Shown: positions 1 through 14,389 of the stretch, piece by piece
Numbering within the stretch: position 1 is the stretch's first letter
Layout of the letters: each line of letters opens with the position of its first letter
DNA from: Camelus ferus
Taxonomy: Eukaryota
Assembly (NCBI RefSeq): GCF_009834535.1
Contig: NC_045701.1
Span: 73,408,001 to 73,472,000 of the forward strand
Direction: 5' to 3'
DNA: 64,000 bases
Notes under the pieces: generated by a model
The model's database searches: none
The model's input: the letters and a program-made list of their open reading frames with translations, nothing else
Told to the model about the DNA's origin: nothing
Made by a program: the position numbers and the translations under genes

Positions 1-24
1 TGCTCAATAGTAAGACCTTGTTGT

Positions 25-110
25 TTATCTGTTGTATATTAAAATGGGCATAATTATGGTACCTACCACTTTGAGCGAAAAAAGGAGCCTAGAACATAGC
101 ACATGCTATA
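25..110 (+). mobile_element. MIR SINE fragment (3' half)
   Basis: AAAATGGGCATAATTATGGTACCTACC resembles the MIR core AAAATGGGGATAATAATAGTACCTACC. Confidence 0.5.
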
Positions 111-118
111 TGTGTGGA

Positions 119-139
119 GATGATGATGATGATGATGAT
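119..139. repeat. (GAT)7 microsatellite
   Basis: Seven perfect GAT units. Confidence 0.95.
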
Positions 140-2910
140 TTTGGTGATGGCGAGGATGACTACTACTGTTAGAGTATTACAACTGAAAACATGATCTTTG
201 AGAGCTGCTTTTGTTCAAGAATGGATAACTATATATATACCTAAAATCATTTTTGGTAGCTTAATAGATGCCTGTAAAATGAGCATCCCTATTTTCCTCA
301 GCCAATTACCCAGGGCAATAATAAACGCTTTTCAAGGCCATCGGAGATGCACTGGATTCTGCATCAGTAACATTACTAATAAGAGTGTTCATGGGACCAT
401 CATGTTGGGTTTTTTTTTTTTTTCCCTCAGTGCATTATGATAAACAAATTCTTGATGTCAACCCAGAGCTAATGAAAATATTTTGACTTCATGAGTTCTT
501 CTATGTTTGTCTTTGGGACACTGGTATCATTTTAGTAAAAGCTTCATAGTGTTCTCAAATGAAAATATTATCTTTAAAATGCACAGATCTGATTTGATGA
601 TATCATTATATTTGTGGCTCTAATTTCTTCTCATACCAATTTTATATAATTTAAACAGGAACAAAAATAAAATAGAGTCAGAGAAATAAGAGTTTTTGCA
701 GCAAGGATACGGATTTCTAGCTAAGAACATTACTGTCTGGTTTCGTTGGCACATTCCTGTTATAGCTTTAAAAGTCATCGAGTTCATTTAGACCATTGTG
801 AGAAAGGAGGGCTAGTTCACCAAGAGGAGAAAAGTTAGTCATCCTCTTTTCAGGAGATCTTGTATTTTGGCTTTAGCCAGTTTGTTGAAGCACAGCATGT
901 CAGTATGTTTAGAGACTCACACAAGTACCTTTGGGATATTAAAATTTCACATATGCCTTACAAAGGCCGGAGGTTCAGGCATTTTCAGATCCATACGTGA
1001 TGCCCAGAGAAGTAGAAAATTAATGACTAGTTAGCAGTTAGAAATGCAGTGCCATCCACTCCCAACTTCTGGAAATGTCCTTTGAGAACAGGTTAAAAGA
1101 GACACAAACAGAAAAAGAAACTTCTTCAGTGGCTTTAGCTAAGACCACTTTTTCTCTGATTTCAAAATGATCCCTGGGTCTAGCATGCAAATCTCATCAC
1201 CTTTTGGTTTGCTTCTCTTGTGTACAGTGGGCTCCTGGTATGGAAAAGTCCATTCAGAAAGGTGTTTTAGCATGTATAATTCCTTTGGGTTTTAGAAAGG
1301 ATAAAGGGATGGGGAGCAAGCACCCAATTAAAGAGTAGATGGAAGTGAGATTGAAGAATAAATTATTAATAAGTGGCTTCCCAAGGAGAGAGTGTTTTGT
1401 CTCATCAAAGGAAGAAGCAGAGGAAATAACAATGTAGACAGAAAACAAAATAAGAAGTTAAAAACACAAGACCTCACAAGTATATAGATATAAACGAAGT
1501 TGATAGCGTTATTGAATTCTAGAAGGATTGCTAAATAAAGGAATAAAATTTCTCTATCTTAACATCCTAAAAATAAGGAAACACCTTGCCAACTTAAGAA
1601 TGATTTATTGTGTACTGTCAGGCAAGAGTGGCAATACATATACTCCTAGAACTGTTTACCAATCACAGTTCAAGCCACTGTAGTTAATTGTGTTAAATCA
1701 GAATACGTAGTTTGGAGATGTGTACACACATACTAGGATATATCAGCATAGCCTGACATTTTCATGTTGACCTGGCTGCTGTAGGATTTTCATGACCTGA
1801 AGCTACCTTGGATAGAGTACATACTCAAAAAATAATTAAGTCACTGAGGGAATGAACTGTACCCACTCATCTACCTTAATTTATTATTTATACAAGTTCT
1901 CTTAGGAATTGATACAGAGATATGAGCTCCCAAATGTAAACTACAACTTTCTGTTTTGTTGTTACTCTAAAAGGAAGAATATTAGCACTCTTTAGTGAGT
2001 TTGTTCTCTTATCCCTAATAATCTGAAAAAAATATATATTATTTTCTCTATAAAACAAGAGATTTCAGAAAATGAAGATTTTTATGAAGTCCAATTTGGC
2101 TAGGTTTTGGTTGGAGTCAGAAAAACTTCATGAAGGAAAATGAATGTGTATCAGTAAATGTTACATGTTGTCACTCCTCCTCATTCTTCATCGTCATCTT
2201 CCATGAACATTTACTGAGAGTTAACTGGGTTCCAGGTGTTGATGTCAACTTTAGGGATTTATACTGCAGATTTCCAAGGAAAATGTAGAAGGAATCCTCA
2301 TAGTCTAGGCACACCCCCACCTTCCCCCATTTTCTGTTTCTCTTAGAGAAATTGGAACTCAGATGCATGTATGGTTAAAATCCAGATGAGTTTCTCATAG
2401 ATTTTATTCAGTGATGGTTCGTTTCAGTGTTCCATCCAACATGATAGTTTCATTTTTTTCACAATGTGTGTATATTCCTTGTGTTGAGGCCCCGAACGCC
2501 GGTCTACTTTGCCAGGCCTTTTTCCTTATTTCCCTTTTTTGTTTTGGCTGGTCCTCCATCGTCTGACCACTGGCTTAGAGCCGTACAAGCTGTCAACAGC
2601 CGACGTTTCAGGTGCTGCAGTTCTGAGTGTAAACGGTGTTTTCTGTTTTTCCTTCTACTTTTTGAAAATGTTTCTTTATCCTCTGATCCATTTTATTTGT
2701 CTAATTGCCACAGTAAGATTTACAAGGTGACAAGTTCAATAAATTTTAGTGCTAGGCACAGTTTATATTTTGAAAATTAGGAAGGATCACTTTATCAATG
2801 AGGTGAAGGATGTGTGGTAACCATTTGGCAATTAACTAGCATTATCAGCCAAACTCTATTCCTGTTTGATGACCAGATAAATGCATTAATGAATGTACTT
2901 CTCTTTCATT

Positions 2911-2934
2911 GTGTGTGTGTGTGTGTGTGTGTGT
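2911..2934. repeat. (GT)12 microsatellite
   Basis: Read directly. Confidence 0.95.
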
Positions 2935-4889
2935 AGGTAGGTGGGTTTCACTTATGTTATTTAGGAGAAGATTAGCAATTGAATTATGAAACTTCTGGAA
3001 CAATTAACCATAAAGTTCAGATCTCCCTACTGATTTAGAGCATCTCAGCAAACAGTTTTTCTCAATTTTAGAATCAATTTTGAGAAGAAAACTTAGAGAC
3101 TAGGGGATGTTGCTTCTAAAAGAAATGGAGTAATCTTCTGGCTGATGTATTGATTAAGTGACTGAAATCACAAGGCTTTCTCACCAAGAGTTTATTAGAA
3201 GTTAGGGAAATAAACCTTATAGGGGATGCGTACATTTTCCTTCTAAAAATGAAGTTGTTTCAGAGTAAATCTGATTACGTAATAACTGTATACAAAACAA
3301 TTTTGCTGTTATCCCCAATGCCTTGTGGAAGCAAGAGGTGTGGTGTTTAGTTATAATCATCTAAGTCTTCCTGAAGACTCATAATGGCTGACACTATATT
3401 GCAATAGAAAAGTGTTAAAAGGCGTATGTGCTCCAAAAGAGAGACAAAATGTAATAGAGGTCACATCCCCTGAAGCAGAGTCTTCGAATGGTTATGACTC
3501 AGGATGCTCCCAATAGGCCTGGTTGGGGCCACATGTTTAAATACCGACATGTTACAAGTTGGGAAGCCAAGGCTTGTGAAAGGCAGGTGCACCGCATAAG
3601 GTCTCAGGGTGGTTAGTGGCCGGCAGGAAGCTTCATAAATTTCATTTTCTGATTCTTCATCAAATGACCACTATTTGTCACCTAAGTTAAGTCGTCTTTT
3701 AATGATGACACAGGACACTATTTTTTTTTTTGGAATTACTTTTGAAAAACTGGGGGTGAGGGCCACTGCAAAGGTACCAAATTAGGGAGGATATTATGAC
3801 CTAAACTCTTGGTTGTTTGATGAACAGCATTATGAATAGAATGAAATTTAGTTCTGAAGTCTAGGAGATGACAGAGAAATGAAGTTGGTGTTGTGCACAG
3901 GTGTGGGTGGGATAAAATCTAAAGCAAGAAACAGAGGGCTAGTCCTCTGTTCCTGAGAAAATAAAGGTAAGGAAATAAGAAATGCTCAACCTGGAGAGAG
4001 GAAGGTCTATTTTCTGTGAGTTGGTTTTCCTGTGAGTCTGTCAGGAAACTCTTTTCCTTGCTCCCCTCCTCAGAACTAGAGGGGAAGGAACTACCCCACC
4101 GACCCAGAGGAGGGTGCTCACGGGAGGAGGGTGGTGAGAGCAGCGGAAACAGAGGCAGGAAAGGAGCCGATGCAGCAAGTGGCAACAACGGGCGTGCAGG
4201 ACAGGCAGAGACCAAGAGGAAGGGCACACATGAGTACTCGTACTGGAGCAGCAGAAGAGGAAGGTGCTTTATCGTTGTAGAGAAATTCTGTGTCTTTCCA
4301 ATCTCACCAAGAAAAAGAGAACACAGCAGAAGATGGATAAAAACAATAAGATGAAGTCACTGGGCTAGGGGATGGCTAGAGAAGAAGTGCCATCTCCTTA
4401 TAAGAAGAAATTGATAGTCGACATTAAAGTCACACTGTCTAGCTGTCAGTGGTTGGAGCGTTTAACTTCGCTGTTTGAGTCACTGATTGTTATTTACAAG
4501 CAAACTCCCTTTCTGATAAAGAACCAATTAAAAAAACCTTACTGATTGTCAGAAATAGAAATGCTAGGTATTCTGGCACCTAAGTGCCCAGGTGCCTGCC
4601 CATGACTGAGTTTATCCACACCCTGCATGGTGGAATGAGAACCTCACGTTTGACATTTCGAAGGCATGAAAATAGGACACTAAGTGAAAAAACTACCCCA
4701 TTTTTCCCCCCTGCATATTTCCTTTGAACCTTTTTCCTCCTTTGTTACAGCAAAAATGGATGCTAAGTCCATATACAAGGACATTTGCAATTATAATTTA
4801 CAAAACCTTTGCTATTGTTGTTTAAAGTGACCAACTTCACAGATGGCTACTAGTTACAGTAAAAATTATGGCCAAGATGGAGTGTTTTG

Positions 4890-5075
4890 TGCACGGCAGG
4901 CACTGAGATGAGCAGTTCACTTGCATGATCTTGTTTCATCTTCACCCTAGTCTTACAAGGCAGATATTATCCTCATTTCAGAAATGAGACTTAGTCACGT
5001 GAAACGCTTTGCCTGGCCTCAGATTCAGTGTATGTGATTCAGTCTATCTGATCCCAAAGCCGTGCTCCTCACCAC
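4890..5075 (-). mobile_element. MIR SINE
   Basis: ATTATCCTCATTTCAGAAATGAGACT matches the reverse MIR core; ends in a CTGATCCCAAAGCC-type 5' segment. Confidence 0.65.
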
Positions 5076-5599
5076 AACACGTATTTATTGCCTCTTGTGC
5101 TCCAAAGCTGAAATGTTGATGCTCAAATGAATGCAGTCCACCACTCCAGGACAAGGGCTGGTGGTCCCCAGGAAAGACGCTGAGTCTAGTCACTAGTAAA
5201 TCCTATTTCTTTAGCTTGTCTTTCTGTAACCTTGGCCTTTCCAGAGTCAAGCTTCCTCCGTTCAGCCTTAGAGGCATATTAGTGTCCCATTCTTGTTTGT
5301 AACTAGTCTCTAAGGCACTGCTGACTTCTGTGACTGGAAGGTACTTGGCATTTGGAGATGCATAGAGGATGAATAAGGAATCCTCACAGAGATGACTGAG
5401 AAGAGGGTGGTGTTGGAATGCCGTGACCGGTCAGTGCCGAGTCATCCTCCCCGTGCTTGATGCTCAGCTGGCGTCCCTGTCTTTTGTCTCCTCTCATTGT
5501 CTCCGGTGCTTCAGTCTCAGCCAGCAGATTGTGGTTACCTGAATTCCCAAGCTCTCTTACACTTCTGTTCCTGCCTCCATGCTTTATATTATGCACCGT

Positions 5600-5920
5600 A
5601 TACCATTTCTCTCTGTATCTCCCTGGGCAACTGCTGCTCATCCTTCATGACGACTCAGAGGTCACCACTCATGTGAAGCCTTCCTTTCTACCCCAGACGT
5701 GACTAGGTTTCTTCACCTCTGAAGTCCCAGAGCACCCTGAATGCACATCTTTTGGAGCACTCATCACATTTGCATTACTTCGTTTGCTTGCATGTGTATC
5801 CCCTGGACCAATCTCTGGATTTCCCAGTCTGGGAAACTGTCCTATTTATCATTATATCTTCACATCTAGCACAGTGCCAGATTTACAGTTGGCATTAATG
5901 CACATTTATTGAATTAATAA
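5600..5920 (+). mobile_element. L2 LINE 3' fragment
   Basis: TCTAGCACAGTGCCAG...ATTTATTGAATTAAT is the L2 3' terminus; upstream CATCCTTCA...GTCACC...GAAGCCTTCC is typical L2 3' sequence. Confidence 0.8.
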
Positions 5921-7168
5921 TTCAATAAACCTAATGACTTGAAACTTTTGATGACAAGAGAAATCTCCATGGATGAATAGATTTCTCAGTAAGAGGAAAC
6001 ATGTTCTGTATTTATGAAGACGGATATCTCAGCAGATCCAATGAAAGTAACCACAGATTATAATGATAAGGATTTTTGTCCAATTCCTAAAGAAAAAATA
6101 TGTTTCTAGAAATCCTTACTAAATATTACAATGTTAGAAGGCTGACATTTAATATGAGGGATAACATTTAATATGATTTCAGAGCAATCTGATTCTTCTT
6201 TTGCCTAAATGGTCGTTCAAAGAAACATTTAAAGCACAGATTACTTTGTTGAAGTATTGTTCTGTACATGTCAAGTTGTGTAGGTTTTATCTCTCAACTA
6301 CCCTGGACAGAAATCTCTGCTCTTTCTTGTACTGTTTTTATAGGCCTCTGTAAGCTTCAGAGTGATCCTAAGGAGAATGAGGAATATTACTCAGAGCAGA
6401 AAAATAAAACAAAAACCAACAACAACAGCATGGGGGTGGGGCAGCGTTACGTGGCGGGAAGAACAGAACTTGTAGGCTCAGGTGCACCTGCCCTGTCACT
6501 CACTAGCTCTTGGCCCTGAGGGGCTTCTCTCAGCCATTGGTAGTAGTAGTAATAGCTACAGCGTCACGCGATGAAGAAGCAAGCTCACTGGACGGTAGCC
6601 TCACGCCAGCCATGTGATTTCCATCCCAGCATTTAAACAGCCACCAAAACCTGCAGTCCCTGCTGGGGGCCTCGTGTCTCACAGCCTGAATTGCTCGTTG
6701 ATCATGTGAACTGGTAACAGTAGGGACAGCATTTGCCCCAGGCCTCCTGGGGACTTGCCTAACCTTTCTGATTTTTCAAAAAGGGAATTGCTTCTTTTGT
6801 GAAATATTCCATAGGTGACAGGACAGGAATCGGTGTTTGAAGAGGCTGAGTATGTACCCAAGATAACTTCCAGGGTATAAAAATCTTGTGTGAAAGGACT
6901 TCAGGGCTTTTTGTCTCACTCTAAGTAAGGTCACATTAATAAGAGTGAGGACCCTTATTTACCAAAGTCACAGAGTCCAAAGGTTCAGTTTAATCCCAGA
7001 GGGGTTAAGCTGGTTCTGCTACAGTTGAGTGGTACCAGTGCCATGCATTGAAATATGTACAGGAAAAACGGGGGGGCCAGTATTTAATCAACATTTATTT
7101 GGGATTGGGTTACATTTTCAGTTGTTACAGATACTGTATCCTTTAATCACACAATTATATGCAGTAGG

Positions 7169-7634
7169 CAGGACCATCTAAATAATTTGTAGAGCCTTGT
7201 GCAAAATGAAACCGTGAACCCCTTGTTCAGCAAGCAGGAACAAACCTTTACCCTTTCTTTCACGGCCTCTCTCTCCACCTGTCACGGTGCTTTTGTTTTA
7301 TTTTTTTGATTTGCTGTCTCAAGCTTGAGGACACTCCCAGGGAGAGTGCAGTCCCTCACAGGCACCCACGACTCCACCCCGTGGCTCTGCGAGGGGGGCA
7401 GAAAGCAGCAGCACTTGTTTGCTGAGTGGAGGCAGAAAAGGGGGTGGCCAGGAACCCATCCTGGGGGCTCAAGACCACTCATGAGCGAAGGCTCCCATTG
7501 AACTTCACATATAAAACACAAATTCAAGGATAAACTTCTTAAAGAATTTTAAGACAACAACTGCAAAGCACTGAACCCCAAACACACAGGTTCTGTGTGA
7601 CTGTACTGGGTACGTGCCAGTTAAGCTGGTCCTG
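7169..7634 (-). mobile_element. MER45-family hAT-Tip100 non-autonomous DNA transposon
   Basis: Terminal inverted repeats CAGGACCA (7169) and TGGTCCTG (ending 7634); left end matches the reverse MER45 3' end (AATTTGT...GTGCAAAATGAAA...CCCCTTGTTCA); degenerate 8-bp flanks GCAGTAGG/GAAATAGA (5/8). Confidence 0.75.
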
Positions 7635-9376
7635 GAAATAGATAATATTATGACCTGAATTGTCCAGGTGAGGAAACTTTAATTATCAGAAAGGTTTCTT
7701 TCTTTTTTTTTTTTTTTGGTGATATATTTGTCTACCATATAATTTCTAAAACATACCATGCCTATTATAGACAACTTGGCATTCTAAATCTTGGTAGACT
7801 TTTAGCACTGCAGTTTGTAAATTCCTAATTACTCCTGGATGTCTTTCCTCATGGCCAAGGACAAATTATGAATCATATTAACTATCCTTTCCAGAGAGGT
7901 TTGCCTAATGACATACAACAATGCATCACATTTTCCTGGCCAATGGAAACGTGCTTTATTTTTCAATGTCAGTGTTTAAGGGTCTGAAGTCTTTGGCATA
8001 ATTTTGTTAGTCAAAATCAGTTCTCCCTGAGTGGGTGTGATCAACAGTCACACACACCCACGTTATGTCTTCCCTTCCCTAAAGATTATCTTCCTCTGGT
8101 GCCCAGTCGTGAATGGAAGGTCAAACTACTGGCTCATTTTTATTGAACCTCAGCCTTCAAAAGCCTAAATTACCATTTCATTGCTCTAGTGGCTCATCTT
8201 TAACTAGAAAACAGAACTTGGACATGATCACACTTATGTACATTTGCTGCGGAAATCCACTGGACTAAGCGAGAAGGAAAAGAGAAACATTCTAGTAATA
8301 ATTGACTGTTCACCATCTTTACCACAATGCTGTCCAGCGCCTTGGTTTCTCATTTGTTATTCTATCTTTACCTAATCTAAAATGTGAATCCAATGAATCC
8401 CCTTCAAAGGCAATGGAGGATGAGAAACCTATTGGGTCCCATCGGAATGTTTTAAGGGCAAAGCTCTGTTCTTTCCGACAAACACCAGAGCATCTTTGGA
8501 ACAGAACAGAAGCAAACTGGTTTCTAGCTCATATGTGAAAGTGCGACACTCATGGCGGCTGTAATGACTCCGTTCCTAAGGGCTGCCAGGCCACGCCATT
8601 TCGCAGTGTCCTTCTGGAAAGAGTAATTTATGTAGGCTTCCACTGAGCAGCCGTGACCGGCTCGCCTTGTCCACCTTCCCTGTGATTTGGGGCCCTGCAG
8701 CGGGAGCTGACACGCTGAGCCATTTGGCTGTCTCAGCCTCATGGCCAGCTCTTACTCAAAACAATGTCAGGGGGAAAAGACAACCCCCCTTCAGGGATGT
8801 GCTGGATTTCATATCATAGTTGCATCCCTGGAAGAGCGTTTCCCCATACTTGCCGCATACTTCGTTCTATGTAACAACACACTCATTCGTGTCTGTTATC
8901 ACTGTCACCACCTTGGAAGGCACACATTCCCTCCCCTGTGCAGTCATGATGTCCTTCCACTCACATTGTTTTGTACCCGAGAACTGGTTTACCTGGAGCC
9001 TGTATCCAGACTGACGGTGTGTGTCACAGTTACCTGCAGACAGCAAGTGCCTACTGCTGAGGATTTCATCACTTTTGTAATGTGATTATATGTTGGTTTA
9101 GCTTTCGCTTCTAAATTACCGCTTAATTTACAGTTCAGTTGTTATCGGTCCAAGTGCTGTCAATGAGTGATTCTTCTGCTGACGGCATGTTACACGTTTG
9201 GGAGGCAGATTAACTTGTATTCTCTTTTGGAGAGACTCTTGCTTCAACTAAAAATAATGACGCTCTTACTTAAATATTCATCTCATAAATGAGTGTCATT
9301 GGCATTGAATGAGCATCATCTCTGAGCATTTCCATCAAGACTTGGAGACTTGGTGGTCTAATCTAAAAAGTCTAAA

Positions 9377-9618
9377 CAGAGACTGGCTAACTTTTTCTAT
9401 AAATGGCCAGATAGTGAGTATTTTAGGCTTGTGAGCCATACAGTCTCTGTCAGAACAACTCCATCCTCTGTCACAACTCAGTTTTGCCATTGGAGTGAAA
9501 AAGTTGCCATGGACGATATGTAAGCTAACGGGCAAGGCTGAGTTTTCAATAAAACTTTATTTACTAAAATAGGCAGCAGGCCAGGTTTGTCCCAAGGACC
9601 ATAGCTTGCCAATCTCTG
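9377..9618 (+). mobile_element. MER58A hAT-Charlie MITE, near full length
   Basis: AACTTTTTCTATAAATGGCCAGATAGTGAGTATTTTAGGCTT...CAATAAAACTTTATTTAC...CATAGCTTGCCAATCTCTG follows the MER58A consensus end to end. Confidence 0.9.
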
Positions 9619-9744
9619 GACTAGTACTGAAAGATGCATTTGTAGAATCTATGTTTGGGAAGTAGGTTAAACTTCCTGGGATTCCAAACAATAAGGCAAA
9701 TGGAAGTTCAAAAAACTGTTTATTTAAAGCAATTTTTATTCTCG

Positions 9745-10140
9745 ATGCTGGCAATGTAGTGCTAAATAGGACCAACACTGCCCTTATCTTATGAGGTTTG
9801 CGTTCTCTTTGAGTTGTTTGTGGACATAAAACTACGTAAGTGAGTTCAGATAATGCCATGTGCAATGGATAAAGTTACACGGGGTGAAGTATATGCCTAG
9901 AGGTGGGAGGAAATGCAACTTTAGATAGGACCATCCTGGAAGCCTTGCTGAGAAAATAACATTTGAGCTTTGGGTATTTGAAACTTAAATGGTAAGGATT
10001 CAGTCCTGGGAAGGTTTAGGGAAAGAGCATTCTGTGCAGAGGCATTCACAGATGTGAAGGGCTTGTGAAAAGAATATACTGGTGTGTCTGAGGAACAGGA
10101 AAACATCAGTGTGGTTAAACTGTGGGAGGTGGAGCACAGG
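9745..10140 (-). mobile_element. L2 LINE fragment
   Basis: Reverse L2 motifs: CTGCCCTTATCTTATGAGG, ACATTTGAGC, GCATTCTGTGCAGAGG, GTGTGTCTGAGGAACAG. Confidence 0.7.
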
Positions 10141-13100
10141 GAAAAGGACTGTTTGTCTCTGTCATATACTGTCCCCATTTGACAGACCTATAATCATAAT
10201 TTTAGGTGAGTTAAGGAACTCACCTTTTGAGTCACATCATACTTTGTTTTATTCTTGTTTATTCCTTTGGAGAGGCAAATCCACAGGTATATATATGCTG
10301 TAAGTGTGTGTTGTCAAAGTGTAATTTTTAAAAATTCTAATCCACAGTTATTAAGTTAGAGGCAAGCAGGTGCTTCAGCAGAGGAATAGTTAAATCAACA
10401 TTGGAACCCTATTTAAAGAAATGATGAAACTAGGAATTTGGAGGTAAGACTTGCGGCATTAAGAAAGCCATGCCTCAGATCCAGTAGATCTAATCATTTG
10501 AGCAACGTAGAGAGTTTCCCAGTAGTCAGTGATCTTTGCTAAATTGGGTTGCACAGCTCAACCATCAGTAGTTTCAGTACGGATGCTTCGATGCTCCCAC
10601 CTCACCAGCTGATTGGATACTTTAGACTGGGAAAAAATCTTATCGAATCCTAAAATAAGCAACTCAGTTTGTTTCACAGAACATATTGCTTCTGGTCTTA
10701 TATTATATGGTAATTTTATGAAACTTTGGAAAAAAACTATTTTTAATCCATTGTTGTTTGGGGCTGTGAAAACACTTATCTAAGGAGAATTGCTTGTATC
10801 TAAATAAAATGCCTTGAGTTAATTTGACTCAAAATCAAGTCCTTTGCCTCAATTAAGTAGAATTTGAGGAGGTTCTAAGAGAATTAAGGCTAGCTCAGAG
10901 AAGTTAATTAGAACGTCTCTCCTTGAAAGACAAGTTAGTTTTGTAGGCAATGGTGTTTGATAACAGTGCTTCAGATGAATGCTAAAGAATTCTGCGTTCT
11001 CGTAAGAATTACTAAAAGAGACTGAAACACTGTGAGTATAACCTCTTACAATTTCAGACAGCAAGAGGGGGAAGTCATTCTGAATTAATGAAAGAGTATA
11101 TCATGGATTTTTTAATAAATAAAGTGGCTCTTAAAAACATGCAATAACTGGGCCAAGATACGTTTGTATGTGTGTATCTGTGTGAATCGTGTATCTTCAT
11201 CCTAGTAAATGATCTTAAAGAACAGATAAGCCTGATTTATAACTACCATTTCAGTTGATTAAAATATTTTTTCCAAGTTACTTGTAGCATACTTAAAATT
11301 ATTTTATTTTTGTAAGAAGCAAATTGGCTCAGCAAAATTTGTGTGACATCTTAATTTGCTTCACATACTCATTCTTTCTGGATTCTGTAGGTATTAGCCT
11401 AGATTCTGTAGCAAGTTCTAAATTTGTGTTTGATTCTGAATTAATAAGTTTCATTGAAGGTTGAAGTAAATGCAGCATCTCTGCTGACATAATATAGGAT
11501 TTCCAAAAGCTAACTGGTCAGGAGAATGAAGGTCAGAGATTATATTTTGTAACATAGGTTATTTTTTTTTCCTACATTGTCTTAGCACAAGATATTATAG
11601 GAATTTTTAAAAAGTTAAATTTAAATCAGGATTAATGTATCCACTTTTCCCCGGTGTTTCATATGTGTAACTAGAATAATGCACCTGCCAGGGAGCATTA
11701 AAGAAGATTATTTAACAGTAAAATAGCATTTGGAGGTTCCATTTACTTTTTTCCTTTTTCTGCAAGGATATAATATATTCCTTTAAGCGTCCTGAATCTC
11801 TTCCCAGGGAGTTGGCAGCAGCAACTGTTATAAAGGGAACATTTTTGAAATACGGATCTTAATCTCATGTAGTGCCGAATCCATCAGCGTTTGCACGTTG
11901 TAGGGCACTTTCAACTTCATTCATCTGACAACAGTGAAATGATGCTACTTTAGTCATATATGGGAGTTTTATTGAATAGCATCAAATGCTTAGCAAATAT
12001 TTAAAACGTTTCACACATTTTTACAACCAGGCATCACATATTGAAGAGTATTTCCTGGTTTGGGGACTTTAAAATGTAATGAAAAAGTAAGAAGTGTACA
12101 TGACATGGGAGGAGAATAAGCTGATAACTTTAGCAAGTGGCCTGATACTTTTTATAGGAAATATAAGTATAAATATTATTTTTCCTCTGAATTATTTGCC
12201 AGGCCAAGACCATGTGACTTAACTCTTGTAACTAAAGCTGGCAATAAGGCTTGGACTTTGGGTTTCCAAACTCTAATATGCAGGTATCAGAAAATGAATG
12301 AAGCAAGCCACAGTTCTCACTGCAACTGGATAGGACAATAACATTGTCGCTTATTTGCAATTTTAGCAGAGTTTTCAGGGGTGAGTATCAACATCTGTTC
12401 CTGAATTTCCTGAAAAGTCCTGTGGTTTGGAATGCTAGCATCTTCACAGTTCACTCTCTCTCATCCTTTAGTAATAGTGAGCAAAAATAATGTAGTTATC
12501 ACCCACTTTTTATACTTGATTGTTTCTTAAATAGTGGAACCATTACTTAAGGAAGTAAAATTGTTCTGTCTCATTCTTTGCCTTTGTTCAAAATCACACA
12601 TGAAATTGTTTTTCTGTGAGATAGCTTTCCACTTACCTCGGCCTTGAAATGAGAAATTCCTTAAAAAATGTATATTTTAGAAAATTGTTGCCAACTCAGA
12701 GGATGCTTAGCTTTGTCTCCTGGATCAAAAATTGTTACCATGTTTCCCAGTTGCATACAATTATACCTGTCAGCCAGCTGATGAAGTCTCCTTCAAGGAG
12801 TCCACGCAAGGCAACGACACGATCAACTGCTCCGTTTGGTAGTTCTTGCCATGAACAGACGAGCCTCCCAGATTCCAGGTGTTACTACTTAGCCCGATGT
12901 TTTGCTTTATAAGGAGGCAGCCATTCATGAAAAACAGCTGTAATTACGCAGCATTCATGTATTTCATAATTAAACTAACAACTGATTATAAGACAGTACA
13001 TGGCATGAGAATTCGCAACGAGGCTCAGCAGGAATGAGGCTGTTGCTTAGTCTTTGCTCCTCTTTTGCCATTTGCTTTGGACACGTCCCCTCTGAGCCTT

Positions 13101-14389
13101 GATGTACATACAACAGTAGGTAATCCCAGCGTACTTCCCAGAGGGAAAGGAGCAGGGGATGGAAGGACTAGTGAATACACAAAAGCACCTGGATCAAAGG
13201 CAGGCACTACTGTGAGTGAAAGGCATCTCCTTGGACATTTTCCCCCAGCTTTTGAAAACCAGTGGATCTCAGACGTGGTTTACATGATGGGAAGTCCAAT
13301 ACTGGGATCAAAGAAAACTGAGTATGCTTATCAGTGTCCCCATGACCCAGAGATTTTAGTCCTTTAGAGGACTCATCTTGCTATGCAGAACTTTGAAAAG
13401 GAGCCCATGTGTCAGTTGGGAAGCACTGATTCTGTTGAATCTGCACCAGGCACTGTGCAGAGTCATCTCCAGGTCCTGTCCACGTGGAACTCACAGTTTA
13501 GTTTCACACATGAAGCAACTTCCCGGGGAAGAAATTAAAATACTGTCCCTGAGGTTTGTAACTGGGGGTTGGAAATGGACTTCTGTGAGGCCGATCCCTG
13601 CCTGGCTCCCCGCCCAGACGCTGCAGGAGGGCTGCTAAGCTAGAAGTGGCTGTCTCTCTGATCCTTTCCCCACCCTTCTCCTATTTCTATTATTTGGCAA
13701 ATAAAATAGTTTATTTTAATACTCTTTAACAGATCTTGCAATTAGTATACTATAAATCCTTCGGTGCTCCTCGTTATCTTGTTTTTTATTTTTAATTTTT
13801 GCCTAAGACCTTGTGCCTTTGGAGTGACTGCTTCCTTCTGTAACTCTTGGCTCCGGTCTTGCTGGCCCACAATGCCAGGAAGCCTCCAAGCTTGCTCGTC
13901 TTGTAAAGATTACATAACAGTCGTTTCCACGGTTTCCCAGCACCGCTTCTGGGGGACTCTAGCATGTCCATCTGTCCTTTACGTACAGCTAGATGCATGT
14001 TCCTTGGCTTGAACACTTAGTGTTCCCATACATATATACACAATCCAAACGATTCTTTTCACTTGCTGCTTTTCTTAGAGTATTTTAATAAGGAAAGCAT
14101 CAAGAGGAGGGATCTTGGGTCAGGAAAACTTATAGACATACTTGGAGTGAGCATTTGAAAAAGATGAAGCGATTTTGAGTTACCAGGGTGGAATAAAGCT
14201 ATTTCAGGTGGTTAGAATCGTAGGAAGTGGCCTTCAAAATCTGGAAAAGATCCAGACGTTAAAGACGTACTGTGTTTCAGACACGGCAGCCAGCGATGTA
14301 CGTTCATTCTCTCATTTAGTCCTCTTACAAGCGCTGCCAAGGAGGTATTATTATTCCTCTTTGAGGTGAGGAAACAAGTGTATTCAGTA

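Noticed and set aside
4016-4354. 112-aa purine-rich ORF and its antisense partners
   Set aside because: Low-complexity G/R/E content from a GA-rich tract; no recognisable domain or paired splice sites
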